From positions 1-33,810 of the forward strand of contig QOAX01000277.1 of NCBI GenBank assembly GCA_003972865.1: a stretch of DNA of 33,810 bases, written 5' to 3'. The position numbers and the translations under genes were made by a program. The DNA comes from Verrucomicrobiota bacterium. GTDB lineage: Bacteria > Verrucomicrobiota > Verrucomicrobiia > Limisphaerales > UBA1096. Positions 9,419 to 21,282 of the stretch are shown here, piece by piece. The notes beneath the pieces are model-generated. The model was given only the letters and a program-made list of their open reading frames with translations. It did not search any database and had not been told where the DNA came from. Position 1 is the stretch's first letter. Each line of letters opens with the position of its first letter.

Positions 9419-9952
9419 TTAAATCAATTCCAGCGTATCTGCCTCAACCTTGACAGCGGCGGCCTGGCCAATGAAATCAAGCCGCAACAATATCGTGGTC
9501 ATCCCGAACCGTTCCTCCACCCAGCCCTCCTGCCCCTGCAGTGGGCCGGACCTGACAATCACCCGGTTCCCCACCCCGATCGTCGGCTCCACGCGGATTT
9601 CCACCTGCTGATCGAGGGCAAAAAGAATGTCGTTCAACTGTTCTTTAAATTCCTCCTGATCAGGAACTTCAAGCATATTGGCGACGTAGTTGCTCTGCAC
9701 CGCCACTTGCCGTGTTTTGCAATTGAGCCGGAGAAAAACGTAGCCGGGGAAAAGCGGTTTTTGGAAGGTAACCACCTTGCCGCGATATTTCTTGGTGCTG
9801 CTGTATGTCGGGAGGGTGGTGGGGAAGTTGTAGATTTTGCCGTGCTCAACGAGCTTCTTTTCGCAGCGCGGACGTACGTGAGCCACGTACCAGTCCAACT
9901 CCGCATCCTGCGGTGCCTCGACGTCATCCATGACTTCCGTGAGCTCCACCAT
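9419..9952 (-). CDS. NusG-family transcription antitermination paralog (RfaH/UpxY-like)
   Basis: NGN-like WYVAHVRPRCEKK...LFPGYVFLRL and KOW motif GNRVIVRSGPLQGQEGWV. The ATG at 9952 lies 22 nt downstream of the tyrS stop; the longer ORF-track start would overlap tyrS. Confidence 0.75.
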   Translation of the reverse strand: MVELTEVMDDVEAPQDAELDWYVAHVRPRCEKKLVEHGKIYNFPTTLPTYSSTKKYRGKVVTFQKPLFPGYVFLRLNCKTRQVAVQSNYVANMLEVPDQEEFKEQLNDILFALDQQVEIRVEPTIGVGNRVIVRSGPLQGQEGWVEERFGMTTILLRLDFIGQAAAVKVEADTLELI

Positions 9953-9974
9953 CTCGGCGGAAAACGTAGCCAAA

Positions 9975-11255
9975 TTACTTGGCCAAGACAACGGCGTAGT
10001 TGCGTTTGCCCCGGCGCAATAGCAGATATTTGCAGAACAACAGGTCGCCAGACTGTAACTTGTGCTGCTCGTCATCAGTTCGCCGGTTGTTCACATACAC
10101 GCCACCGCCCCTGACGTCCTTACGCGCCTGGCCACGCGACTGGGCCAGGCCGGCCTCGTGCAGCAGCTCCGGCAGCCAAAGCCCCTCGCCGCCAAAACGG
10201 TCTAGGCCGATTTCATGCGTTGGCACCTCGCCGGCAATCTCCCGAAAGGTCGCCTCGGTGATGCCGTCCAGCTCGCCGCCAAACAAAATCTCACTGGCGC
10301 GAATGGCCTCGTTGGCCGCCGCCTCACCGTGTGCCAGGGCGGTCACTTCCTTGGCCAAGGCCTTGTGAGCGATGCGCGCTTGCGGCTGCTCCGAGTGCTG
10401 CCGGGCCAAGGCCTCGATCTCGTCCCGGTGCAGGAAGGTGAAAAAATTCAGGTATCGCACCACGTCGCGGTCATCAACACGCACCCAATACTGGTAAAAC
10501 TGGTAGATGCTCGTGCGGGCCACGTCGAGCCACACGGCACCGGCCTCGGTTTTGCCGAACTTCGTGCCGTCGGCGTTGGTGATAAGCGGCAGCGTCAGGC
10601 CAAACGCCTGGCGGTTTTGCCGGCGGTGGATCAGGTCGATGCCGGCAGTGATGTTGCCCCATTGGTCGCTGCCGCCGATTTGCAGTTCGCACTGGTGCTG
10701 CCCGCACAGGTGATGGTAATCGAGCGCCTGCAGGATCATGTAGCTGAACTCGGTGTAGCTGATGCCGACATCGCGATCCTCCATCCGTGCGCGTACGCTC
10801 TCCTTGGCCACCATTACGTTGACCTTGAAATGCTTGCCGACATCGCGCAGCACGTCGAGGAACGAAAGCGGCGCGGTCCAGTCGGCGTTATCCACCATCA
10901 GGGCCGCGTTGGTTTCCTCTCCAAAATCCAGAAAGCTGGCCAACTGTTTTTTGACTCCCTCAATGTTGGCCTTGAGCTGCTCGTGGGTGAGCAACTGGCG
11001 CTCGGCGCTCTTGCCGCTGGGGTCACCTATCGAGCCGGTTGCCCCGCCGGCGACAACGATCGGTTTGTGGCCAAACTGCTGGAAGCGGCGCAGCGCCAGC
11101 AACGGCACGAGGTTGCCGACGTGCAGGCTGTCGGCCGTGGGATCGAACCCGCAGTACAGCGTCACGGCCCCCTTGGCCAGGCGCTGTGCAAGCCCCTCCC
11201 GATCCGTGCAGTCGGAGACCAGTCCGCGCCATTCCAGTTCCTCGATGATGCCCAT
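9975..11255 (-). CDS. tyrS: Tyrosine--tRNA ligase
   Basis: GFDPTADSLHVGNLVPL (HIGH region), GGATGSIGDPSGK, KFGKTE (KMSKS equivalent) and a C-terminal S4-like domain. The ATG at 11255 (MGIIEELEWRGL) was chosen. Confidence 0.95.
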   Translation of the reverse strand: MGIIEELEWRGLVSDCTDREGLAQRLAKGAVTLYCGFDPTADSLHVGNLVPLLALRRFQQFGHKPIVVAGGATGSIGDPSGKSAERQLLTHEQLKANIEGVKKQLASFLDFGEETNAALMVDNADWTAPLSFLDVLRDVGKHFKVNVMVAKESVRARMEDRDVGISYTEFSYMILQALDYHHLCGQHQCELQIGGSDQWGNITAGIDLIHRRQNRQAFGLTLPLITNADGTKFGKTEAGAVWLDVARTSIYQFYQYWVRVDDRDVVRYLNFFTFLHRDEIEALARQHSEQPQARIAHKALAKEVTALAHGEAAANEAIRASEILFGGELDGITEATFREIAGEVPTHEIGLDRFGGEGLWLPELLHEAGLAQSRGQARKDVRGGGVYVNNRRTDDEQHKLQSGDLLFCKYLLLRRGKRNYAVVLAK

Positions 11256-11306
11256 AAAACGGCGCGTGTTATGGCCGCTTGGCCGTTGAAAGTCGAGAGC
11301 CGACCA

Positions 11307-11328
11307 GCTTGGCCAAGCGCTTGGCCAA
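11307..11328. repeat. Tandem copies of the iterated palindrome (GCTTGGCCAAGC GCTTGGCCAA) between the rpsA terminator and tyrS
   Basis: Read directly: gcttggccaagcgcttggccaa at 11307-11328. Confidence 0.95.
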
Positions 11329-11329
11329 C

Positions 11330-11357
11330 AAAAAACCGGGCAGGAAAGCCTGCCCGG
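11330..11357 (-). terminator. Rho-independent terminator downstream of rpsA
   Basis: The minus strand reads CCGGGCAGG-CTTT-CCTGCCCGG followed by TTTTTT (plus-strand A-run 11330-11335). It starts 25 nt after the rpsA stop. Confidence 0.75.
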
Positions 11358-11382
11358 CTGCAAAACAATTTTATGTGACGGG

Positions 11383-13248
11383 TTACTTGTCCGACTTGGA
11401 TTCGTCGTCCTTGGTTTCCTCCGCTGCGGGAGCTTCCTCTTCGCTCTCGGCGGGAGCCTCTGCTTCAGCCTCAGCCGGGGTTTCTTCGCTCTCGGCAGGA
11501 GCCTCTTCCTCGGCGGAAGCCTCTGTCTTGGCGGGAGCCTCGGGGGCTACTTCTTCTGCCTTGGCGGCCGGGGCCTCGCTCTCCTCTTGCTCGTCGCCGA
11601 AGGTGTCGAAGGCATGTTGCAACGCCACGAGATCCTCGCCCGGCTTGAGCGCATCGAGCACGGCTTCCTCCTCCTTGAGTTGCTCCTGGGAGTAGTTGGC
11701 CGCCTTGATCGAGAGGCCAATGCGGCGGTCCGCCCGGTCGATCTTGATCACACGCGCCGTCACGTCCTCTCCCACGCTGAGGACATCCTTGATTTTTTCG
11801 ACCCGCTCCTCGCTGACCTGGCTGATGTGCACCAGGCCGTCGATGTCGTGCTCCAGCCCCACGAACGCGCCGAAGCTTGCGAGCTTGGAAACCTTCCCGG
11901 CGACGAGATCGCCGATCTTGTACAGGTCGTCGATCTTGTCCCACGGATCCTCTGCAAGCTGCTTGATGCCGACGGAGATGCGCTGGTTTTCCCGGTCCAC
12001 CTCGAGCACTTGAGCCTCGACTTCCAGGCCCTTTTTCAGGACCTCGGACGGGTGGTTGATCTTGCGGGTCCAGGAGATGTCCGAGACGTGAATCATGGCG
12101 TCGAGCCCCTCCTCGAGCCCCATGAAGGCGCCGTAGCTCGTGAGGTTGCGAATCTTGCCGGTCACCTTTGTGCCGACCTGATATTTCTCTTGAGCCAAGT
12201 CCCAAGGGTTGGTCTCGAGTTGGCGTATGCCAAGGGAAATTTTCTGTTCGTCCTGGTTGACGCCGAGCACCACGGCCTCGATGGCCTCGCCGGCCTTGAG
12301 CACCTCGGAGGGCTTGTTGATGCGCTTGGTCCAAGACAATTCGCTGACGTGCACCAGCCCCTCGACCCCCGGCTCCAGCTCGATGAACGCACCGTACGGC
12401 ATGAGGTTGACCACCTTGCCCGCCACCTTCCCGCCGATGGGATATTTCTCCTCGATCTTGTCCCAGGGATTGGCCTGTTTTTGTTTCAGGCCAAGGCTGA
12501 CACGCTCGCTCTCCTTGTTGATGTCGAGCACGACCACCTCGAGTTCCTGGCCGACGGCGAGCATCTGCGAGGGATGGGTGATGCGGCCCCAGCTCATGTC
12601 GGTGATGTGCAGCAGGCCGTCCAAGCCGTTCAGGTCGACAAATGCCCCGAAGTCGGTGAGGTTCTTGACGGTGCCCTTGCGGATGTCGCCCGGCATCATG
12701 TCGTTGAGGAGTTCCGCGCGCTTTGCGGAGCGTTCCTCCTCGATCAGTTCGCGGCGGCTGAGCACGATGTTCTGCCGCTCGAGATTGAGCTTCATCACCT
12801 TGAAATCGTAAGTCTGGCCGACGTACGGCTCGAGGTCGTGCGGGGTGGTGATGTCGATCTGCGACGACGGCAGAAAAGCCTCCACGCCGATGTTCACAAT
12901 CAACCCACCCTTGACCGCCGCCTTGACACGGCCCCTGATGTGGCCTCCCTCCTCGCAGATGGTTTTGATGTTGTCCCAGTTCTGCTTGAAAATGGCCTGC
13001 TCGTGGGACAGCACGACCATGCCGTCGCGATCCTCAAGCTGCAGGATCAGCACGTCCACTTCGCCTCCAAGCTGCAACGCCTCGCCGTGATCCTCGAATT
13101 CGTTGACCGGCACAGAGCCCTCGCTCTTGTAGCCGATGTCGATCATGACTTCCTTCTGACGGATCTCAATGACCGTCCCTTTGACTATTTGGCCGGGGGC
13201 AAAGCTGATTTGGCTCTGCGCCATGGCCTCTTCCATGGTTATAGACAC
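11383..13248 (-). CDS. rpsA: 30S ribosomal protein S1 with an acidic low-complexity C-terminal extension
   Basis: Repeated S1/OB domains (G.VKG.V..I...GAFV.L..G..GL.H.S). The listed start at 13248 is GTG, and an in-frame ATG lies 12 nt downstream at 13236. Confidence 0.93.
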   Translation of the reverse strand: MSITMEEAMAQSQISFAPGQIVKGTVIEIRQKEVMIDIGYKSEGSVPVNEFEDHGEALQLGGEVDVLILQLEDRDGMVVLSHEQAIFKQNWDNIKTICEEGGHIRGRVKAAVKGGLIVNIGVEAFLPSSQIDITTPHDLEPYVGQTYDFKVMKLNLERQNIVLSRRELIEEERSAKRAELLNDMMPGDIRKGTVKNLTDFGAFVDLNGLDGLLHITDMSWGRITHPSQMLAVGQELEVVVLDINKESERVSLGLKQKQANPWDKIEEKYPIGGKVAGKVVNLMPYGAFIELEPGVEGLVHVSELSWTKRINKPSEVLKAGEAIEAVVLGVNQDEQKISLGIRQLETNPWDLAQEKYQVGTKVTGKIRNLTSYGAFMGLEEGLDAMIHVSDISWTRKINHPSEVLKKGLEVEAQVLEVDRENQRISVGIKQLAEDPWDKIDDLYKIGDLVAGKVSKLASFGAFVGLEHDIDGLVHISQVSEERVEKIKDVLSVGEDVTARVIKIDRADRRIGLSIKAANYSQEQLKEEEAVLDALKPGEDLVALQHAFDTFGDEQEESEAPAAKAEEVAPEAPAKTEASAEEEAPAESEETPAEAEAEAPAESEEEAPAAEETKDDESKSDK

Positions 13249-13461
13249 TTTATAATTGTTTTAATGGGAGTAAGTTCCTCCGCGAAATCCTGTTGCCCGT
13301 GAAAGGCGTCCGAAGACGGGGCAACCGGGTTAAAGGTTAAGTTACTCGGTTAACAGATTGTTTCTCAGCTTCCTACAGGCTCCCGCACGCACGGGGCCCA
13401 GCGGCGTGGAAATGTACGCCTGGCCAAGCCGATTGCAAGCGCCATTTGGGTAAAATCGCCC

Positions 13462-15660
13462 CTATTCAATGGATTCTAGGGCGCGGCGGGCCTCGCGGCG
13501 GACGTAGTCGTATTTGTCGCGCGTCAGTTTCCTGATTTCGGGCCGGGCCTTGCGTGCGCCCTTGCCTGCCCGGCGCAGCGCCTGGCAGGCAAAGAGGCGC
13601 ACCAGCGGCTCCTCGTTGTCGAGAATCGAGATGTACAGGTCAACGTCGCGGACGCGCACCCTGCGCAGGGCCTCCATCGTCACCTGCCGATCTTCGCTCG
13701 TGTCCAGCCGGGCAAACAACTCCGGCGCGGCCGGCCGGGCGTCCGAGCCGAGTTCACCCAACTCGCGGATGGCCGTGTGCCGCACCTTGGGCGACGAGTC
13801 GGCCAGCGCCGGCCTGAGTACCGCTAACAATTTGACGTCATCCCGCTCGACCTTGGCCAAAGCGTTCAACGCGCTGGCCCGCACGCCTGCGTCGTCGTGG
13901 CGGACGGCTTGGTTCAGCGCCGGCAGCGCCGGCTTGGCCTCAGGCCCCAGCTTGGCCAACGCGTCGAAGGCGGCCGACTGGGTCGCGGCATGCTTCACTT
14001 CCAGCACGCCGACCAAACTCGTCACCGCACTGTTGGGCAGCTTGCGAAAACCGCCGAGCGACTCGACCACCGCCAAGCGCAAATCCGTGCCGGCGCCGTC
14101 GAGCATGCCGGCCAGCCGCCTGGCCAGAGCCGCGTCGTCGCTGCCGAGCTTGCCGATGGCACGCACAGCGCTGAGCCGAATCTCGGCATTCCCGTCGCCA
14201 AGGCTCTCGACCAATGCCGAGGTCGCTCCGCGCGCGCTTGGCCCAAGGCTGGCGAGCGCATCCATCGCCTCCTGGCGGACAAGCAGGTCGTCATCATGCA
14301 TGGCCGCCTGCAGCCGTGGCATCAGGCTGGCCGGCTTGGCGGCGGACGCCACCAGCGCAGACAAAGCCATGCCGCGAAACGCCGCCTGCTCGTGTTCCAA
14401 AAACGGCAAAATCGCCTGCCGCACCGCCGCTGACTTGGCCGCGATGTTTTTCAGTCCAAGCAGGGCGAGATAAACCGATCCATCGGCCTGTTCCGCCTTC
14501 AGGGCGGCTGCCAGCGCAGGGGCTGCCTGCAGGCCGATCTCGCCAAGGCACCTGGCCTGCCACGATTCGCCGCTGAGCTTGCCCAAGGGCTGCGACTTGG
14601 CCGACGTCAATATCTCCGGCACTGCCGCTTGGCCAATTTGAACCATCGCTTGGCGGCATGCCGCCTGTTCCTCCTCTGCCGCTTGGCCAAGTTGAGTGAT
14701 CAGCCTGGGAACGGCGTCCCCGGCATCCGGGCCGATGCGTCCAAGCAGGTTGATCGCCTGGCTGCGCTTGGCCGGGTCACCGTTCCCCAGCCGCTCAACT
14801 AGATGCGGAACGGCTGCCCGGCTGTCAGGACGCAGGCTGAGCAGGCCGTTCATGGCCTCGTGCCGGACACGGTCGCCATCGTGATCCAGCGCCGGCAAAA
14901 GCAACGGCAGCAACTGGTCGCCGGGCAGGCCGACGCGATTCAGTGCCTCCAGTCCGTTGGCCGTGACCCGGCTGGATGGCTCCACCTCGAGCCGCTTGGC
15001 CAAGCGCTTGGCTGGCTCGCCCGGCTGGCTCATCCAGCCGATGGCCACAGCGGCGGCGGCGCGAATATTCTCGTTGTCCGAGCCAAGCGCCTCCAACACC
15101 TGCGGGTGCGCTGCCGGGCCGATCTTGCCCAGCGCAGCCCCGGCGGTTTCACCGAGGTAAATTTCCTCATCGCCCAGAAGGGCAAACAGGCGCGGCGCCG
15201 CCTCGTGGGCGGTCGAGCCCATGTTGCCGAGCACCTTGGCCGCGCCGCTGCGGATGGACTGGCTCTCATTGTCCAGCGCGGCGATAAGCTGCGGAATGGC
15301 CGCCGGGCCAATCCGGGTCAGGGCGGTCACCATCCGCAGCCGCACCTGGTCCCGATAGCGGCGGCCGCTCCGGCGCAGGCGCTTGATGAGTTCCGGGGTG
15401 GCCTCGTGGGCATCCGGCCCGAGATTGGTCAGCGCGGTTGCGGACCAGAAGAACACCTGCTCCTCGTCGTCGTCGAGGCCCTTGACGAGCGCCGATACGG
15501 CCGGCTTGGCTTCCGGGCCGAGCAGCGCCAGCGACCGGGCCGCCTCGCGCCGGGTGACCTTGTCGCCCTGGCGCAGATCGGAGATCAACCGATCCACCTC
15601 CCCGGCGGCAACCAGCAGAGACCCAAGCAAAAAAAGTAAAACAGTGTTCGAAATCTTCAT
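13462..15660 (-). CDS. Secreted HEAT-repeat protein
   Basis: Signal peptide MKISNTVLLFLLGSLLVAAG. Many repeats of the form D..VR..A..ALG.LGP.A..A.P.L...L.D throughout 732 aa. Confidence 0.85.
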   Translation of the reverse strand: MKISNTVLLFLLGSLLVAAGEVDRLISDLRQGDKVTRREAARSLALLGPEAKPAVSALVKGLDDDEEQVFFWSATALTNLGPDAHEATPELIKRLRRSGRRYRDQVRLRMVTALTRIGPAAIPQLIAALDNESQSIRSGAAKVLGNMGSTAHEAAPRLFALLGDEEIYLGETAGAALGKIGPAAHPQVLEALGSDNENIRAAAAVAIGWMSQPGEPAKRLAKRLEVEPSSRVTANGLEALNRVGLPGDQLLPLLLPALDHDGDRVRHEAMNGLLSLRPDSRAAVPHLVERLGNGDPAKRSQAINLLGRIGPDAGDAVPRLITQLGQAAEEEQAACRQAMVQIGQAAVPEILTSAKSQPLGKLSGESWQARCLGEIGLQAAPALAAALKAEQADGSVYLALLGLKNIAAKSAAVRQAILPFLEHEQAAFRGMALSALVASAAKPASLMPRLQAAMHDDDLLVRQEAMDALASLGPSARGATSALVESLGDGNAEIRLSAVRAIGKLGSDDAALARRLAGMLDGAGTDLRLAVVESLGGFRKLPNSAVTSLVGVLEVKHAATQSAAFDALAKLGPEAKPALPALNQAVRHDDAGVRASALNALAKVERDDVKLLAVLRPALADSSPKVRHTAIRELGELGSDARPAAPELFARLDTSEDRQVTMEALRRVRVRDVDLYISILDNEEPLVRLFACQALRRAGKGARKARPEIRKLTRDKYDYVRREARRALESIE

Positions 15661-15665
15661 GCCCG

Positions 15666-15690
15666 AAAAAAATCCCGCCGGCGGCGGGAT
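15666..15690 (-). terminator. Terminator-like hairpin plus T7 downstream of the DUF1552 gene, ending 5 nt before the HEAT-repeat gene start codon
   Basis: The minus strand reads ATCCCGCCG-C-CGGCGGGAT followed by TTTTTTT (plus-strand A-run 15666-15672). The hairpin is at 15672-15690. Confidence 0.6.
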
Positions 15691-15718
15691 CGAAATTCAA
15701 TCAGCGCTTGTTGCCGGT

Positions 15719-17066
15719 TCACGACAAAAACGGCAGCATTCCGGTGCTGTCGTTGAACGAGTCGGTAGTCGCCCCGGCTTGGTTCAACATCGTGACAAAC
15801 AGGTTGTTCAGTGGCGTGTCCCCGGAATACTGGATGTGCCGGCCCGGTCGGATCCATCCGCCACCGCGCCCCGCGAGCACGATCGGCAGGTTCTCGTTGT
15901 TGTGGCGGTTGCCGTCGCTGATGCCGCTGCCGTAAACGATCATGCAGTGGTCAAGCAGCGAGCTGTCGCCTTCCGGAATCGATTTCATCTTCTGCAGCAT
16001 GTACGAGAATTGCTCGACGTGGAAGGTGTTGATTTTGCTGATCTTCTCCAGCTTGTCGCGGTTGTTTTGGTGGTGCGACAGTGAGTGATGCCCCTCGCTC
16101 ACGCCGATGGGGCGGTAGCTGCGGTTCGATCCGGCATTGGCCAACATGAGGGTTGAAACACGGGTGACGTCCGTCTGGAACGCGAGGATCATCATGTCAC
16201 CCATCAGGCGGATGTGTTCCTGGTAGCTGTCCGGCACGCCTTCCGGCTTCTCAAGTCCCGCAAGTGCACTCGGTTTCGAGGCGTTTTCGCCCTCGGCGCG
16301 CTCGATGCGCTGCTCGATCTCGCGAACGGCGACCAGGTACTCGTCGAGTTTTTGGCGGTCGTTGCCGCTGACCTTTCTGGTGAGCGCCCGGGCGTCCTCC
16401 AGCACGAAATCGAGGATGCTTTTCTGGTAGCGCTTGCGCCTGGCCAGGCTTTCGTTGCGTTCGCCCTCTCGGTCGTTGCCAAAGAGGCGTTCGAAAACCA
16501 GACGCGGGTTGGTCTCCTTGGCCATCGGTGTGGAGCCGTCGCGCCATGAGACATTGTTCGAGTAGGCGCAACTGTAGCCGGAGTCGCATTTGCCGGACTG
16601 CCGGCCGCGCTCGGTGCCCAACTCCAGCGAGGCGAAGCGCGTCTGGTGACCGATCCTTTGTGCGGCGAACTGGTCCACCGATATGCCGGCGCGAATCTCC
16701 GAGCCTTCGCTCTTGAGTGGCTGCACCCCGGTCAGGAACACTCCGGCACTGCGGGCGTGGTCGCCGGGTCCGTCGCCGTTTGCGCGGCCCTTGTCCTGTG
16801 TCAATCCGCTGAGCACGCAGAGATCGCGCTTCACCGGCGAGAGCGACTTGAGGATGCGCGGCAAATCGTAATGCGCACCGGTGGCTGCCGGTTTCCACTC
16901 CTGCATGTGGACGCCGTTCGGCACGAACATGAACGCCATTCGCACCGGCGGCTTCGCGGGCGCCGCACCGGCCAGGGCACGCACCGGGTTCATGCTCTCG
17001 AGCATCGGCAGTGACACCGCCGCGCCGAGCCCCTTGAGAAACGTGCGCCGGTGGATGTGGCTTGGG

Positions 17067-17074
<8 letters not shown>
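15719..17074 (-). CDS. DUF1552 domain protein with a Tat-type signal
   Basis: The N-terminus HRRTFLKGLGAAVSLPMLESM and the C-terminal VYGSGISDGNRHNNENLPIVLAGRGGG are characteristic of DUF1552. Overlaps the upstream DUF1592 gene by 8 nt. Confidence 0.85.
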
Positions 17075-19478
<2,404 letters not shown>

Positions 19479-19509
19479 GCATGGGAATTTGGGTTGCGGA
19501 AAAGGCGAA

Positions 19510-20874
19510 TCAACGCGGCAGCGTCTCTGGCAGGTCGGCGATGACGTAGGCCATCACGGCCATGGCGGCGACGCAGCGATTGAACTCCGCCGGATTGAGC
19601 TTGTCAATCGTGTCGGCGTCGGTGTGGTGAAACCAAAAATATTTCTCGCGATCCACCTCGAGATGCATCACCGGCACGCCGCCCCGCACCAGCTTGAGCA
19701 CGTCCGCCCCTCGGCAGCCCTTGGCGACGTTGCCGGAACCGATTGGGTCGAGCAACTTGGCGACTCCCCGGATGATCTCCATCCCCCGGCCGCTACCAAG
19801 GAAGCCAAAGCCGGTCGGCCGGAACACGCCGGAGTCGGACTCGATCGCCAGCGTGTGCTTGGCCAAGGCCGCCTCGTGCCGCTTGGCGTACGACCTTGCG
19901 CCGCGCATGCCGTTCTCCTCATTCGTCCACAGCACGACGCGCACGGTGCGCCTTGGCCGCAGGCCAAGCTTGAGCATCAGCCGCGCAGCCTCCCACGCGG
20001 CGAGGCAACCGCCGCCGTCGTCCATCGCCCCTTGGCCAACATCCCACGAGTCGATGTGGCCGCTGACGATGACGATCTCCTCCGGCTTTTCCGTACCGGG
20101 AATCTCTGCGATGACGTTCCGCGAAATGCCGTCGGCCAATGTGCGCGCCTCCATCTTGAGCCGCACGCGCAGGGACTCGCCGCGAGCCGCCATCCGCGAA
20201 AGCATGTTGGCGTCCTCGAGCGAGAGCGCGGCGTGCGGGATTTTCTTCACGCCATCGGCGTACGACATGCCGCCGGTGTGCGGCGTCTGCATCGAGAACG
20301 GCCCAACCGACCGAATCAGGCTCGCCACCGCCCCGGCCCTCGCCGCGTGAATTGCCCCCTGCGTGCGGACGATCACCGTCTCGCGATACTCGGTGAACGG
20401 CACGTTGAAGAGGACGATTTTTCCCTTGGCCTCAGCGGCACGATTCTTGAGATCGCCAAAGCCGGTGACCACGAGCAAATCGGCGGTGACGCCTTCGGGC
20501 AGCGTGCCGACGCTGCCGCCCAAGCCCAGCATCGGCAGCTCGCGGCGACGCGGTGAAATCAACTCAACCGACTCCCTGCCGCGAACCCAGTGCGGCACGA
20601 TAACTTCCTCTCCCCGAACATGTTGGAAGCCATCTTTCTTCATTTCAGCCAAGCACCAGTCTATGGCGGACTCGAGATTTTTCGAGCCGGTAAAGCGCGG
20701 GCCGAACGTGTCACACAACGTGGTCAGGCGTGAAAAACCAAACACGCTGTTCGTCGCTGCCTGGGTCAGCCGCTGGGCTTCCGGTTGATAATCCGCCGGC
20801 GCGCTACCGGCCGCAAACCCAGTCGCCACCACCAAGCCAAGCGACAAAAAAAGGAAAAGTCGTTGCAAGTTCAT
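19510..20874 (-). CDS. M28-family metallopeptidase (carboxypeptidase Q-like), secreted
   Basis: Signal peptide MNLQRLFLFLSLGLVVATGFA. SGHIDSWDVGQGAMDDGGG, VVLWTNEENGMRGARSY and FHHTDADTIDKL metal-ligand blocks. Confidence 0.85.
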   Translation of the reverse strand: MNLQRLFLFLSLGLVVATGFAAGSAPADYQPEAQRLTQAATNSVFGFSRLTTLCDTFGPRFTGSKNLESAIDWCLAEMKKDGFQHVRGEEVIVPHWVRGRESVELISPRRRELPMLGLGGSVGTLPEGVTADLLVVTGFGDLKNRAAEAKGKIVLFNVPFTEYRETVIVRTQGAIHAARAGAVASLIRSVGPFSMQTPHTGGMSYADGVKKIPHAALSLEDANMLSRMAARGESLRVRLKMEARTLADGISRNVIAEIPGTEKPEEIVIVSGHIDSWDVGQGAMDDGGGCLAAWEAARLMLKLGLRPRRTVRVVLWTNEENGMRGARSYAKRHEAALAKHTLAIESDSGVFRPTGFGFLGSGRGMEIIRGVAKLLDPIGSGNVAKGCRGADVLKLVRGGVPVMHLEVDREKYFWFHHTDADTIDKLNPAEFNRCVAAMAVMAYVIADLPETLPR

Positions 20875-21282
20875 CGATGAAAATTATTTGGTTCTCGGAC
20901 AGGAACAGTAGAGTTGACGGTGCTACAATTTAGTAGACGAGTAATGGGTTAAAAGATCATGTAAGCGTGCCAAAAAAGACAGGATGCCTTTCCCGGCGTT
21001 AGGGTTTGATACACCGTCTCTCGTGAAATTATTAACACTGCGTTCTTTGAGATTCAAGCATCCGGCAAAGCGGATGCCCTGAAAAACACCCGGGCGCTCG
21101 GGGGGGCTTTACACTTGACCGGGAAAGGTGAAGGCCGTTGGCTCTGTCCGTGCCCACACTCCAGCCTGATATTCCAAAAAGCCTGGTGCAAAACAAGAAG
21201 TATAGTCAATTGTCGGGACTGGTCACCTTTTCGAACCAGTTTTTTGGGAACACCTCAAGAACTTTTCTTTTTGCCTGAACGC

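Noticed and set aside
11587-13302. A 571-aa ORF on the plus strand, antisense to rpsA. Similar long antisense ORFs are 5254..6534(-), 6654..7613(-), 8557..9453(+), 10215..11378(+), 14803..15639(+), 19294..20556(+), 26616..27575(-), 26726..27601(+) and 29117..30187(+).
   Set aside because: These are typical shadow ORFs of high-GC DNA. Each lies opposite a gene with clear family motifs, and their translations are Arg/Ala/Gly/Pro-rich low-complexity sequence with no recognisable domain.
20914-20929. TTGACG ... TACAAT, which looks like a strong sigma-70 promoter in the non-coding region left of the methyltransferase.
   Set aside because: The two hexamers are only 4 nt apart, whereas about 17 nt is needed. 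They cannot work together as -35 and -10 elements.
21058-21077. A GCATCCG-gcaaag-CGGATGC hairpin in the 400-nt non-coding stretch between the M28 peptidase and the methyltransferase.
   Set aside because: There is no U-tract on either strand and no upstream gene reading into it. By eye I cannot tell an sRNA or degraded element from chance.
21219-21245. CTGGT-N11-ACCAG followed by TTTTTT, which is terminator-like, inside the ORF-track version of the methyltransferase ORF.
   Set aside because: The stem is only 5 bp with a large loop, and there is nothing upstream on that strand to terminate. I used it only as weak support for the downstream GTG start.
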